Source of the DNA: an uncultured virus (IMG/VR IMGVR_UViG_3300002219_000133)
Taxonomy: Duplodnaviria > Heunggongvirae > Uroviricota > Caudoviricetes
Length of the DNA: 64,000 nucleotides
Strand: one strand, 5' to 3'
Virus record (IMG/VR): IMGVR_UViG_3300002219_000133
Shown in pieces: positions 30,346 to 39,728 of the stretch. The notes under the pieces were generated by a model. It was given only the letters and a program-made list of their open reading frames with translations. It was not told the DNA's origin and did not search any database. Position numbers and translations under genes: made by a program. Each line of letters starts with the position of its first letter. Positions within the stretch are counted from its first letter, which is position 1.

Positions 30346-31865
30346 ACATTATCATTCCGTGTACTGGCTTAGGCAAAAGATTTATTTCAAATGGTTATTC
30401 ATGCCATAAGTCTTTTTTGCCTGTTGATAATAACGATTTAGTAATAGATAAAGTTATTAAAATGTTTGATCCCAAAGATAATTTTATTATTATTGCTAAT
30501 GAATTTAATTACTCGGAATTAGTTAATCACTTTGTTAGATCAAACATTCATATCATTTTATCATATTATGAAGCCACCGGGCCAGTTAAATCTATTATAA
30601 ATGCAAAAAATAAAATATTAGATGTTTTACAAGATGAGGGATGCATAATATCATATTCGGATTTTTATCAAACATATGATTACTTAGATTTTAAAGAATG
30701 GATTAAAAACACAAATTCCGATGGCTGCATACTATCATACACAAATTATCATCCACATTTTAATGTCACAAATAATAAATATGCTTCGTCAAAACTAGAT
30801 AAAGACAATAATGTATTAGAAATAAAAGAAAAACATAATTTTGATTCAATGGAAAAAAGTTTTCATTCATCGGGAATGTATTATTTTAAATCGTTTGAAT
30901 TAATCATGAAATACTTCAATATTTTAATTGATAAAAATATTCATTTAAACAATGAATACTATGTTTCGATGGTCTATAATGAAATGATTAATGACAAGTT
31001 AAAGATAACATCATATAATAAAATTCATCACTTTCTACAGCTTGGAACACCCCAAGATTATGAATATTTTAAATCAATGGAAGATAAATATTTGAAATTG
31101 AATTCATTGTATATCAAAGAAAATAATATTAGACAAATAATGTTAATGGCTGGCCGATCAGAACGTTTTATTAATGACGGATATGATATACCAAAACCAT
31201 TTTTGATGGTATCCGATAAAAAAATGCATCTTATTCAAGATGATTATCTAAATTGCTATAAACGAACTTATATTACCGCGGATGATTATGAAGAGTATGT
31301 TGAAAAGGACATATATGACAAATATGTTTTTATTGAAAAAAATAAAATAGGACCGGCATATTCTTATTATAAAGGCGCTAAACATATAACAGGCGAAGTG
31401 ATCATAACTTCTTGCGATGTATTAGCTAATTATTTTACTAAGAATTTTTATGATAAAATTGATGAGAGCGATGTTATTATATTCGCCACAACCAATCATA
31501 AAAATTCAATAGAAAATCCTAATTCATATTCATGGATTAAACATGATAACGAAAAGGTTGAATCAGTATCATTAAAGAAACTATTGAATAATGCTAAAAC
31601 AGACTATATGTTAATTGGTTCATTTTATGTAAAAAATAATGAAACATTTATTCATCATCTGAATTCTTTCTTATCTATAGAAAAACAAAACAATGAAGAA
31701 TATTTTATTGATGAATTTATGAATTATTTATTACTTTTCGGATATAAAATTAATACTGTTCTTGTTGATGGTTATTATTCATTTGGAACACCAAAAGAAT
31801 ATAAAGAGTCTAATTATTTTTTAACCTATTTTGATAAAGAAAGTGAAACTAATGATAGAAATTAA
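30342..31865 (+). CDS. Tandem two-domain sugar-phosphate nucleotidyltransferase
   Basis: Two NTP_transferase modules: IIPCTGLGKRF...LGTPQD and MLMAGRSERF...PKPF...FGTPKE. Confidence 0.85.
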   Translation: MNIIIPCTGLGKRFISNGYSCHKSFLPVDNNDLVIDKVIKMFDPKDNFIIIANEFNYSELVNHFVRSNIHIILSYYEATGPVKSIINAKNKILDVLQDEGCIISYSDFYQTYDYLDFKEWIKNTNSDGCILSYTNYHPHFNVTNNKYASSKLDKDNNVLEIKEKHNFDSMEKSFHSSGMYYFKSFELIMKYFNILIDKNIHLNNEYYVSMVYNEMINDKLKITSYNKIHHFLQLGTPQDYEYFKSMEDKYLKLNSLYIKENNIRQIMLMAGRSERFINDGYDIPKPFLMVSDKKMHLIQDDYLNCYKRTYITADDYEEYVEKDIYDKYVFIEKNKIGPAYSYYKGAKHITGEVIITSCDVLANYFTKNFYDKIDESDVIIFATTNHKNSIENPNSYSWIKHDNEKVESVSLKKLLNNAKTDYMLIGSFYVKNNETFIHHLNSFLSIEKQNNEEYFIDEFMNYLLLFGYKINTVLVDGYYSFGTPKEYKESNYFLTYFDKESETNDRN

Positions 31866-32796
31866 TAATTCCTTTGAAAACTATCTGTCTGATCTTAATT
31901 CATATTCGTTTGTTATTGATGCTATACAATCTATGAAAGAATATGAAGAGAAAATACCAATTTGCGTGTTATCGTATAAGTATGATAAAAAACGATCGAA
32001 ATTTATTGTTCAATTGATGAATGAAATAGAACAAAACGGAAAATTAAACAGATCAATTATAATTTTTGTGTATGAAGAAGAAAAAGAACTTTATTCATTT
32101 TTATTAAAATACGATGGTATAGAACTTGTCTATATTAAAAAAGATAATGAAAATAGTACTTTATCTGGAAAAAGAAATTTTATCATTGATTATGCTAATC
32201 AACAGGGATTTAAGAACATTTTTATGATTGAAGACGATTGCGATAAGTTCTTTATTCCAATTCAAAAATTTAAAGAAACAAAATTTGCCAAAAACACAAA
32301 ATATCATTTATCAATTAAACTTACTTTTGATTTATGGGAGCATATTGCTTTAAGTAATAATTTTGTTATGACATCTCCATTGATAGAATTTGCAGTAGTA
32401 ATACAGCAACATTCTAAAATGTTTACTACTAACACAACATGCATTCAAATGTTTCAATTTAATATTGAATATTTAATTAAGAATAATTTGAAATTTGATC
32501 ATAAGAGTGGCTGGGATGATTTTGATATGAATATTCAAGTATTTGAATCAGGAGAAGATATTCATACATTATATCCATTGGGCTATTCGACAATATCTGT
32601 AAAATCAGGAAACAGCGTAATTGATAAGAATATCTTTGAACGATTTAAAAATAATTCATATATATTTTTGAACAAATGGGGTAGTAATAAAGTAAAAATT
32701 GTTGATAAACGTGGATTAATAAACGCTAGAATAGATTGGCGAAAATTAAAAAAGAATCGAAATCAACCAATCTTAGAATTATCAGACATTTTTTAG
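31852..32796 (+). CDS. GT-A fold DNA glycosyltransferase (beta-glucosyl-HMC alpha-glucosyltransferase / TET-associated GT-like)
   Basis: PICVLSY, IFVYEEEKELY, LSGKRNFIIDYA, IFMIEDD (DxD-type motif), WDDFD; ends in a clamp-binding-like LSDIF. Confidence 0.7.
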   Translation: MIEINNSFENYLSDLNSYSFVIDAIQSMKEYEEKIPICVLSYKYDKKRSKFIVQLMNEIEQNGKLNRSIIIFVYEEEKELYSFLLKYDGIELVYIKKDNENSTLSGKRNFIIDYANQQGFKNIFMIEDDCDKFFIPIQKFKETKFAKNTKYHLSIKLTFDLWEHIALSNNFVMTSPLIEFAVVIQQHSKMFTTNTTCIQMFQFNIEYLIKNNLKFDHKSGWDDFDMNIQVFESGEDIHTLYPLGYSTISVKSGNSVIDKNIFERFKNNSYIFLNKWGSNKVKIVDKRGLINARIDWRKLKKNRNQPILELSDIF

Positions 32797-32847
32797 TTTA
32801 CATACCATCTCCTATATGATAAGATAAATCATATAGGAGATTTTTTT
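32796..32847 (+). promoter_or_regulatory. Early-type promoter overlapping a terminator hairpin
   Basis: GTTTACA-17 bp-TAAGAT; ATCTCCTATATGAT / ATCATATAGGAGAT stem followed by a T run. Confidence 0.75.
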
Positions 32848-33073
32848 AAGAGTGGCAAATTAAAGGAGAAATGAAAATGAACATATTTGCAATTAAAACT
32901 AATATTGGTTTTGTTTCAGGATTAAATAGATCAATGTTGATGATTGATATTACCGAAAATCCACGTTATATTAAAACATTTAAAACAGAAGCTTCTGCTA
33001 AAAAGTATGCAGAAAAATATTCTAATGCCGGATATGGATTAACAAAGTATTCTATCGTTTCTTTAAAAAAATA

Positions 33074-33103
33074 GTTTACATATTCAGATTTTTGTGTTAT
33101 GAT
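33074..33103 (+). promoter_or_regulatory. Early-type promoter
   Basis: GTTTACA-17 bp-TATGAT upstream of the ParB-like gene. Confidence 0.7.
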
Positions 33104-33150
33104 AATTACATAAGCTATTAAAGCTTAAAAAATAAAAATTCTTAGGAGAA

Positions 33151-33960
33151 ATGAAAATGAAAAGTTCTAAAAATGTTGCAAAACCAGTAGTTGTTTCAGC
33201 TCGTGATCATGAAGCAGTTGTTGGTAGAACTGACTTCTATCGTATCGATCCTACTCAGATCAAAGTTGTTGATGGATGGAATCCTCGTGGTTCTTTTGAT
33301 GCAATCAAATTAGAAGAATTGAAAGATTCAATCAAAGAAAACGGTGTGTTGGTTCCTCTTAGAGTCAAAATCAATAACGAAGGAGAAATCATTCTTATTG
33401 ATGGCGAAAGAAGACTTAGAGCAGTTCTAATGGCGATCCGCGAAGGAGCTGAAATAGTATCAGTTCCCGCTATCGTAGAACGCAAAACAATGAATGAGAT
33501 TGATGCTCTTGTATTGGCTCTTACTGCTAATACTGGTGAACCTCTCACTATGGTTGAAGAAGCTCATGCAATTAAGAAACTTACCAACTATGGATTAAAA
33601 GTGGATGAGATTGCAAAGAAACTTGGTAAGTCAATTCCAACAATTCTCAATAGAATTCAGCTTCTTGATGCAAGTCCTGAAATTATCGATTCAATGGAAA
33701 ATGGTGAAATCAGTTTCACAGATGTAAAGAAAATTGTAAAAGACTCTGATGGTCTTGCTAGTCAGAAGGAAAAGCTTGACGAAGTTAAAGAAAAGAAAGC
33801 GGCCAGAAAAGCATCTGGTCTTTCTAAACCCGGCAAAAAAGCATTTGTTAATCTTGTAGCAGAAATGCTTGAATGGCTTCAGGAATTAAACATCGAAAAC
33901 GTTGCTCAAGTTAATGAATTAATTGAAAAAGCCAATAATATGTTGGATAATGAAGACTAA
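33151..33960 (+). CDS. ParB/Srx-domain DNA-binding protein
   Basis: NPR, ELKDSIKENGVLVPL, LIDGERRLRA, followed by a helix-turn-helix (DEIAKKLGKS). Confidence 0.85.
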   Translation: MKMKSSKNVAKPVVVSARDHEAVVGRTDFYRIDPTQIKVVDGWNPRGSFDAIKLEELKDSIKENGVLVPLRVKINNEGEIILIDGERRLRAVLMAIREGAEIVSVPAIVERKTMNEIDALVLALTANTGEPLTMVEEAHAIKKLTNYGLKVDEIAKKLGKSIPTILNRIQLLDASPEIIDSMENGEISFTDVKKIVKDSDGLASQKEKLDEVKEKKAARKASGLSKPGKKAFVNLVAEMLEWLQELNIENVAQVNELIEKANNMLDNED

Positions 33961-34022
33961 TATATAAAATATCCGGTAGTGAAATATCTACCGGATATTG
34001 TTTAAGATAAGGAGATTTGAAA

Positions 34023-34709
34023 ATGAAAAAATANNNNNNNNNNNNNNNNNNNNNNNNNNNNNNNNNNNNNNNNNNNNNNNCTGAAAACAATCTGAGTCAT
34101 GATGGAGATTGTTTTGTTTACGATGAAGCTAAAGTTTATGGAGATGCTATAGTTTTTGGTAATGCTAGAGTTTATGGAGATGTTAAAGTTTATGGTAATG
34201 CTATAGTTTATAGAGATGCTAAAGTTTATGGAAATGCTATAGTTTATAGAGATGCTAAAGTTTATGGTAATGCTGTAGTTTATGGAGATGCTAAAGTTTA
34301 TGGTAATGCTGAAGTTTATGGAGATGCTAGAGTTTTTGGTAATGCTATAGTTTATGGATCTGCTGAAGTTTCTGGATCTGCTGAAGTTTATGGAGATGCT
34401 AAAGTTTATGGTAATGCTGAAGTTTATGGATCTGCTGAAGTTTCTGGATCTGCTGAAGTTTCTGGAAACGCTCAAATATTGCATGCAAAACATACAACAC
34501 AGGTCAAAACATTTCAATTATCGAAACATTGTATCACATTGGATGGTGATTATCTCAACATTGGATGTAAGTCCTTCACAATTGATCAATGGCTCAAAAA
34601 TTATCAAAAAATTGGTCAAATGGAAGAATACAGCGATAATGAGATTGAAGAATACGGATTGACCATTAAGCTAATAGAAAAAATAAGAAGATTAGGAAAA
34701 ACTATATGA
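34023..34709 (+). CDS. Left-handed beta-helix (hexapeptide repeat) protein, copy 1; spans an N gap
   Basis: About 18 repeats of A-[KIERV]-V-[YFS]-G-[DNS]; C-terminal IGCK...WL...EEY; paralogue of 54291..54929. Confidence 0.8.
   Translation: MKKXXXXXXXXXXXXXXXXXENNLSHDGDCFVYDEAKVYGDAIVFGNARVYGDVKVYGNAIVYRDAKVYGNAIVYRDAKVYGNAVVYGDAKVYGNAEVYGDARVFGNAIVYGSAEVSGSAEVYGDAKVYGNAEVYGSAEVSGSAEVSGNAQILHAKHTTQVKTFQLSKHCITLDGDYLNIGCKSFTIDQWLKNYQKIGQMEEYSDNEIEEYGLTIKLIEKIRRLGKTI
34034..34080. other. Assembly gap (N run)
   Basis: Run of n characters. Confidence 1.
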
Positions 34710-35098
34710 TTAATAATACAAATGAATTTATGTCGCTAAGCGTTGATGAAAAAGCAGAAGTCATAACTGAAATGGTTAAAGAACTTACCATTGAAACAGG
34801 ATATCCAATAGATATATGTGTTGCAATGATTGCAGAATATAAACATTGGTCTAGATTTCAAGTTGAACAATATATTAAAAAATACGATCCTGACTTATTA
34901 TATCAAGTAGCATTTTTCATAGGCGAAAAAAGAGTTTATAAATATCAAATCGATAAAGAGGTAAAAGAAATCATCGAAGACAAACTTCTTAATATTGTAT
35001 TGGAACATCCCTTTCAAGTTAGCGCTGTATATATTCGTAAAATCATCCAAGAATATTGTTATTTGCTTGGATGGGATTATGTTAAATAAGGAATAAAT

Positions 35099-35812
35099 AT
35101 GACAAAAATTTTAATGTTTGCTGGGCAAATTGGATCTGGAAAATCATATATTGTATCAAAGAAAGCTCAAGAATTAAAAGAAGTTGGAAATTCTGTTTTA
35201 ATGCTTTCATTTGCAGATCCAATTAAAAAATTTATAAAAGATGTTATTGGAGTGGATAAACACTCAATAAACGCTCATGTTGAAAATATGAATTTATCAC
35301 TACCATTTGAAAAGTTTGTTTCAGCATTTTTAGACAAGTTCAATAGACATCCTATGAAATATGTTTCAATGATTCAATTTAAAGAACAATACGAGAAATG
35401 CATAGAAGACTTAAATTCACAATATGAAAATGATGTTTTTTCTAGAGGTGTTCGAGGTCTTTATCAATTGGTTGGAACCGATATGGCACAATCTTTGAAT
35501 AAAGAAATGTGGCCAATTTGTTTGATGAATACGTTGCAGCCAATTCTAGACGATGTACACATCGATTATGTTTTAATAGATGATTGGAGATTTATCTTTG
35601 AATATTTTTCAAATCTTAGAAACTTTTCAGATTGTGAAGTTATTCCTTATTTTGTTACAGCCTCAGATGATACAAGAGCATTGAGACGTGGAATTTCTTT
35701 TGAAGAATTGAAGATACAGTCTCAGCATGTATCTGAAAGAGAATCAAATGAAGTTATTTTTAATTGGATGAAAATATATTTTCCAGATAATATGATTATT
35801 AATGAAGGGTGA
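35099..35812 (+). CDS. Deoxynucleoside monophosphate kinase (gp1-like)
   Basis: GQIGSGKS, SFADPIK, RGLYQLVGTD, IDDWRF.FE. Confidence 0.82.
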   Translation: MTKILMFAGQIGSGKSYIVSKKAQELKEVGNSVLMLSFADPIKKFIKDVIGVDKHSINAHVENMNLSLPFEKFVSAFLDKFNRHPMKYVSMIQFKEQYEKCIEDLNSQYENDVFSRGVRGLYQLVGTDMAQSLNKEMWPICLMNTLQPILDDVHIDYVLIDDWRFIFEYFSNLRNFSDCEVIPYFVTASDDTRALRRGISFEELKIQSQHVSERESNEVIFNWMKIYFPDNMIINEG

Positions 35813-36071
35813 TATATGAAATTATTTAAACTTTTTGTATTTTGTGTTTTACAAATGCCAATTTCAGTTTTTTACTATCTAGATCCAACGAATCCAATTT
35901 ATTTCATTATCTATCAATATGCTCTAACTTTGTTTATTTTCATGATGGATAACGCAATAAGCGAAAACATCTACAACATCAATGCTTTATATTATAACTT
36001 TGAAGAACTCTTAAAAAGAATCACCAAAGTTGTTCCAGCGAATAAAGAAGAAATCGAAAAGGAATTTGGTG

Positions 36072-36725
36072 ATGAATAACATAGAAGTAAAGCTTCTTCA
36101 TTATACTCCAATGACAATTCTATTGAATGCATTAGAGATGCCTTATCATAAAGAAAATGTTGATATGTTATTGGCTCAAAGAGTTATAAATGTTATGAAG
36201 CACGAATCAGTTGCAGAACATGTTAATATGAATTTTCTAATTGATGGAGTTTCACGATCTGAGCTTCAAGAACATATGCGACATAGGTTATCCTCAACAA
36301 CATGCGAGAGCACCAGATTCACACTCCAATTGATGCTAGAGACATTAGAAAATGATATGTATTCATTTGAAGATATACTAACAAAACATTTTGTTATACC
36401 TCCAATGAATAAAGAATCAGATTGGATTTTAAATGGAAATGCACCAACTGAGAATTATAAAGAATTTATAAATGATTTGCAGTCGTGGTATAGATTGTTT
36501 ATTATTTTCTTTGAAAGATGGAAGATTCGAGGTGTTAAAAATGATTATCTTAAATATGGATTAGTAGAAGGTTACAGAACAAGATTTATATGGACTATTA
36601 ATTTAAGATCATTGAAGAACTTTTTGAATTTAAGACTGTCTGATAGTGCTCATTTTGAAATTCGTCATGTTGCCAATTTAATCAGAGAAACACTTAGAAA
36701 CACGTATATTGAATCATTATGTTGA
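36072..36725 (+). CDS. thyX: Flavin-dependent thymidylate synthase
   Basis: HESVAEH, GVSR...QEHMRHRLSSTTCESTR, INLRSLKNFLNLR...AHFEIR. Confidence 0.9.
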   Translation: MNNIEVKLLHYTPMTILLNALEMPYHKENVDMLLAQRVINVMKHESVAEHVNMNFLIDGVSRSELQEHMRHRLSSTTCESTRFTLQLMLETLENDMYSFEDILTKHFVIPPMNKESDWILNGNAPTENYKEFINDLQSWYRLFIIFFERWKIRGVKNDYLKYGLVEGYRTRFIWTINLRSLKNFLNLRLSDSAHFEIRHVANLIRETLRNTYIESLC

Positions 36726-37108
36726 ATTATAAATGGGATACCAAAGATTATGTTGTATTACCATTAGATGAAAAATCAAAAAGATTGTCAACACCAATTG
36801 ACATTGGACGACATATATGTTCTAATTGCAATAAAATAGCAGATCAGGTATTTAAGATTGCATATATGTTTTGGTGCATTGATTGCTTAATGGATAGTAT
36901 ATATTGTTTAAATAATAAAGTTGATAATGATAAATTGAATGAAAAAAGTCCTTTTAATCAAAGATCCAGAGAATGCAACATTAGAAATAATTGTTGAGGA
37001 CGTTGTTATATTTTCAGGAAATTATTATGACTTTAAATTAGAATTTGATTTAATTGATGTTTTAAAAAATGTATCAGATTTAACAGTTTTAATCAAAAGG
37101 GGAATATC

Positions 37109-37372
37109 ATGAAGAAATTTTCAGAATATGTTGTTGAAAATACAATAGCAGAAAAAGATTTATCGGGTGGTCGATTCAGTATTGAAGATACTGAAGATTC
37201 AATATCGATAACTTATACTAAGGGTAACGATTCAAATATGTTTCAAATGTGGACAAATGGTGAATCAATATCGGTAGCAGTTAAAGCTAATAATAAAGAA
37301 GTTGTTTTGAATGATATGCCAAAGCAAAAGTTTTTGTTAAAGATGCGAGAATTTTTATCTAAGATGAAATAA
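37109..37372 (+). CDS. Putative internal head protein
   Basis: MKKFSEYVVE; similar to 23825..24022. Confidence 0.5.
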   Translation: MKKFSEYVVENTIAEKDLSGGRFSIEDTEDSISITYTKGNDSNMFQMWTNGESISVAVKANNKEVVLNDMPKQKFLLKMREFLSKMK

Positions 37373-37374
37373 TA

Positions 37375-37431
37375 GTTTACTTTAAATCTCCTTTATGTTA
37401 TAATTTTAAAATAACATAAAGGAGATTTTTT
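37375..37431 (+). promoter_or_regulatory. Early-type promoter embedded in an RBS-occluding terminator hairpin
   Basis: GTTTACT-17 bp-TATAAT; 18-bp arms AAATCTCCTTTATGTTAT / ATAACATAAAGGAGATTT, then TTT ATG at 37432. Confidence 0.8.
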
Positions 37432-38069
37432 ATGAAAAATGATTTTGATTATTGCGCATTGCCAGAAGCATACAAGTATTGGATTCGCGAATATCACTCT
37501 TGGTCTAAATCCAAATGTCCAATTTCATACAAACATGCAATGTTGGAAATGTATTATCAGCGTTTATACGGCAATGATTTATTGAAATACATAGGAGATT
37601 GAATATGAATAAAATGCCAATAATTGATTTGACTAAATGCAACTTGACTTTAGAAGAAATGGCTATTGCTAAAATTGCTATTAAAGGAAACAAAGAAGTT
37701 GGACCACTCCGAGCTAGTTCAATAAAAGAACGAGTTAAAACTATCTATATTGAACCAATATATCCCGACAATAGAGAAAATAGATTAAATTTTAAAAGTC
37801 TTAACTGCTATGCTAATGAAGAAGAGCGAATTAATGCTTTGGGCCGTTATGTCTGGAGAGAATTAGCTTTTATCATGAGTCCAATTTCAGCTCATCATTG
37901 TATGCCAGTATGTAATGATTTTAATTTAGAATATTCTTATGGAGACATAAGAAGATCAGAACAACAGAAGTGGCTCAATAGTATCGTCGATAAAATATAT
38001 AAAACAATACCAATAGAACAGCTTCATGGATTGAATCGATGGAAAAATGTTTTATGTTATTAAATTTTT

Positions 38070-38099
38070 GTTTACATATTCATATAACTTGTGTATAAT
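38070..38099 (+). promoter_or_regulatory. Early-type promoter of the PARP gene
   Basis: GTTTACA-17 bp-TATAAT with upstream TG; AGGAG RBS near 38120. Confidence 0.78.
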
Positions 38100-38130
38100 T
38101 AAATTATAGATAAATTACAGGAGATTGAAT

Positions 38131-39297
38131 ATGAAAACAGCTAAATTGATTATGGTCACCGGCGACAACAACAATAAGTTTTACAACATGTCCGAAGTTA
38201 ATAATGAATTAGTTGTTGACTGGGGCAGAGTGGGATGTAAAGCTTCTCAAACCATTTACCCATTAAGTAAATGGGATTCATTGCTAAACAGCAAAATTAA
38301 AAAAGGTTATGTTGATATAACCAACCTCAAATCAGATGTTACGATAGCCAACGTTAAAGACATTTCAAATGTTGAAATAAAAAACCTGATTAACAAACTT
38401 ATCGAAAAAGCTAAAGATAAAGTAAAAGCAAATTACTTAGTTTCATATAAAGATGTTACAGAAAAACAAATAGAAGAAGCTCAGAAGATTATTGATTCAA
38501 TCTTGGAATATAGAACCAGACGTGTTGAAGTTGAAGAGCTCAATAGACGTTTTATCGAACTCTTTAAAGTTATTCCAAGAAAAATGAATAATGTTAAAGA
38601 ACATCTTTTAACATCATTTGATATTGACTTCCTTAAAAAGGCAATCAAAGAAGAACAAGAATTGCTCGACAACATGAAGTCACAAATGGTTCAAACTTCA
38701 ACCACTGATACTAATGACAAAACCATCCTAGATATTGCAAACATCAAAATGGAAGTTGCTTCAGATGACGAAATTAAAATGATCAAAGAAAAACTTGGAT
38801 CAAATTCAAATCAATTTGTTAGAGCTTTCAGGGTTACACAAGAACCAAACGAAAGTGATTTTAACAATACAGTTAATAATGCTAAGAACAAAAAAACTGA
38901 ATTGTTTTGGCATGGATCAAGAACAGAAAATTGGTGGTCAATTCTTAGTAATGGTTTAAAGATAAGACCTTCAAATGCAGTATACACCGGAAGCATGTTC
39001 GGCGATGCTCTATACTTTGCGGATAAGGCCCAAAAATCAATTGGATATACTTCATTGTCAGGTTCTTATTGGGTAAAAGGCGATGAAAATTCTGCTTATA
39101 TGTGTTTATATGAAGTTCATGTTGGTAAACAAAAAATAGTTAAAGAACATACAAGTTCTTGTAAATCATTTAATAAAAATAATATTAGCGCCGATTCAGT
39201 ATTTGCTAAAGCCGGTAAAAGTTTATTAAATAATGAATACATGGTATATGATTCAAAACAATGCACACCAAGATTTCTCGTGGAGATTAAAAAATGA
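38131..39297 (+). CDS. WGR-domain poly(ADP-ribose) polymerase (WGR + regulatory helical + catalytic domains)
   Basis: NNNKFY...WGRVG...KIKKGY (WGR); FKVIPR (PARP regulatory); FWHGSR, GSMFGDALYFADKAQKSIGY, LLNNEYMVYD (H-Y-E triad). Confidence 0.9.
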   Translation: MKTAKLIMVTGDNNNKFYNMSEVNNELVVDWGRVGCKASQTIYPLSKWDSLLNSKIKKGYVDITNLKSDVTIANVKDISNVEIKNLINKLIEKAKDKVKANYLVSYKDVTEKQIEEAQKIIDSILEYRTRRVEVEELNRRFIELFKVIPRKMNNVKEHLLTSFDIDFLKKAIKEEQELLDNMKSQMVQTSTTDTNDKTILDIANIKMEVASDDEIKMIKEKLGSNSNQFVRAFRVTQEPNESDFNNTVNNAKNKKTELFWHGSRTENWWSILSNGLKIRPSNAVYTGSMFGDALYFADKAQKSIGYTSLSGSYWVKGDENSAYMCLYEVHVGKQKIVKEHTSSCKSFNKNNISADSVFAKAGKSLLNNEYMVYDSKQCTPRFLVEIKK

Positions 39298-39728
39298 AAC
39301 AAATTAAAACGGAAAAAATTTCAATTAAACAATTTTGTACAGAAAAACCAGAGTTTATTGATATAGATAAAATCATATCTATATTAAGCGAAATTAGACA
39401 GAATAATCTGAATCAAAAAATATTATGTCGCTTCGATTCAAACATTGATGAAGTGTCTATATTAATTGCATATTTAGAACAATTAACTGAAAAAGAACAA
39501 GCCGAAGTAGATAAACAAAATTTAATCAAAAAATATAAAAATCAACTTCTTGATTGCAGAGAAACAGCTCATTATATTAATAAAATAAAAGATGAGCTGC
39601 CGCAATATAAAAAACGATATGATAATCAAATTGAAGAGTTACAAACTATATTAGACAAACTCGATGAGCTAAATATTGATTATACAAATATAAAAATATA
39701 ATGTTTTGCAATTGAATAGGAATAAATT

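Noticed and set aside
34120..34470. Tandem repeats as a possible CRISPR array or DGR template/variable pair
   Set aside because: The units are contiguous coding repeats with no unique spacers; no cas or reverse transcriptase gene is in the window, and differences between copies are not adenine-specific.
34002..34662. Alternative-frame and antisense ORFs over the hexapeptide repeats (also 54480..54857 and 54539..54808)
   Set aside because: The 18-nt repeats lack stops in several frames; only the frame with an RBS and a conserved C-terminal domain is credible.
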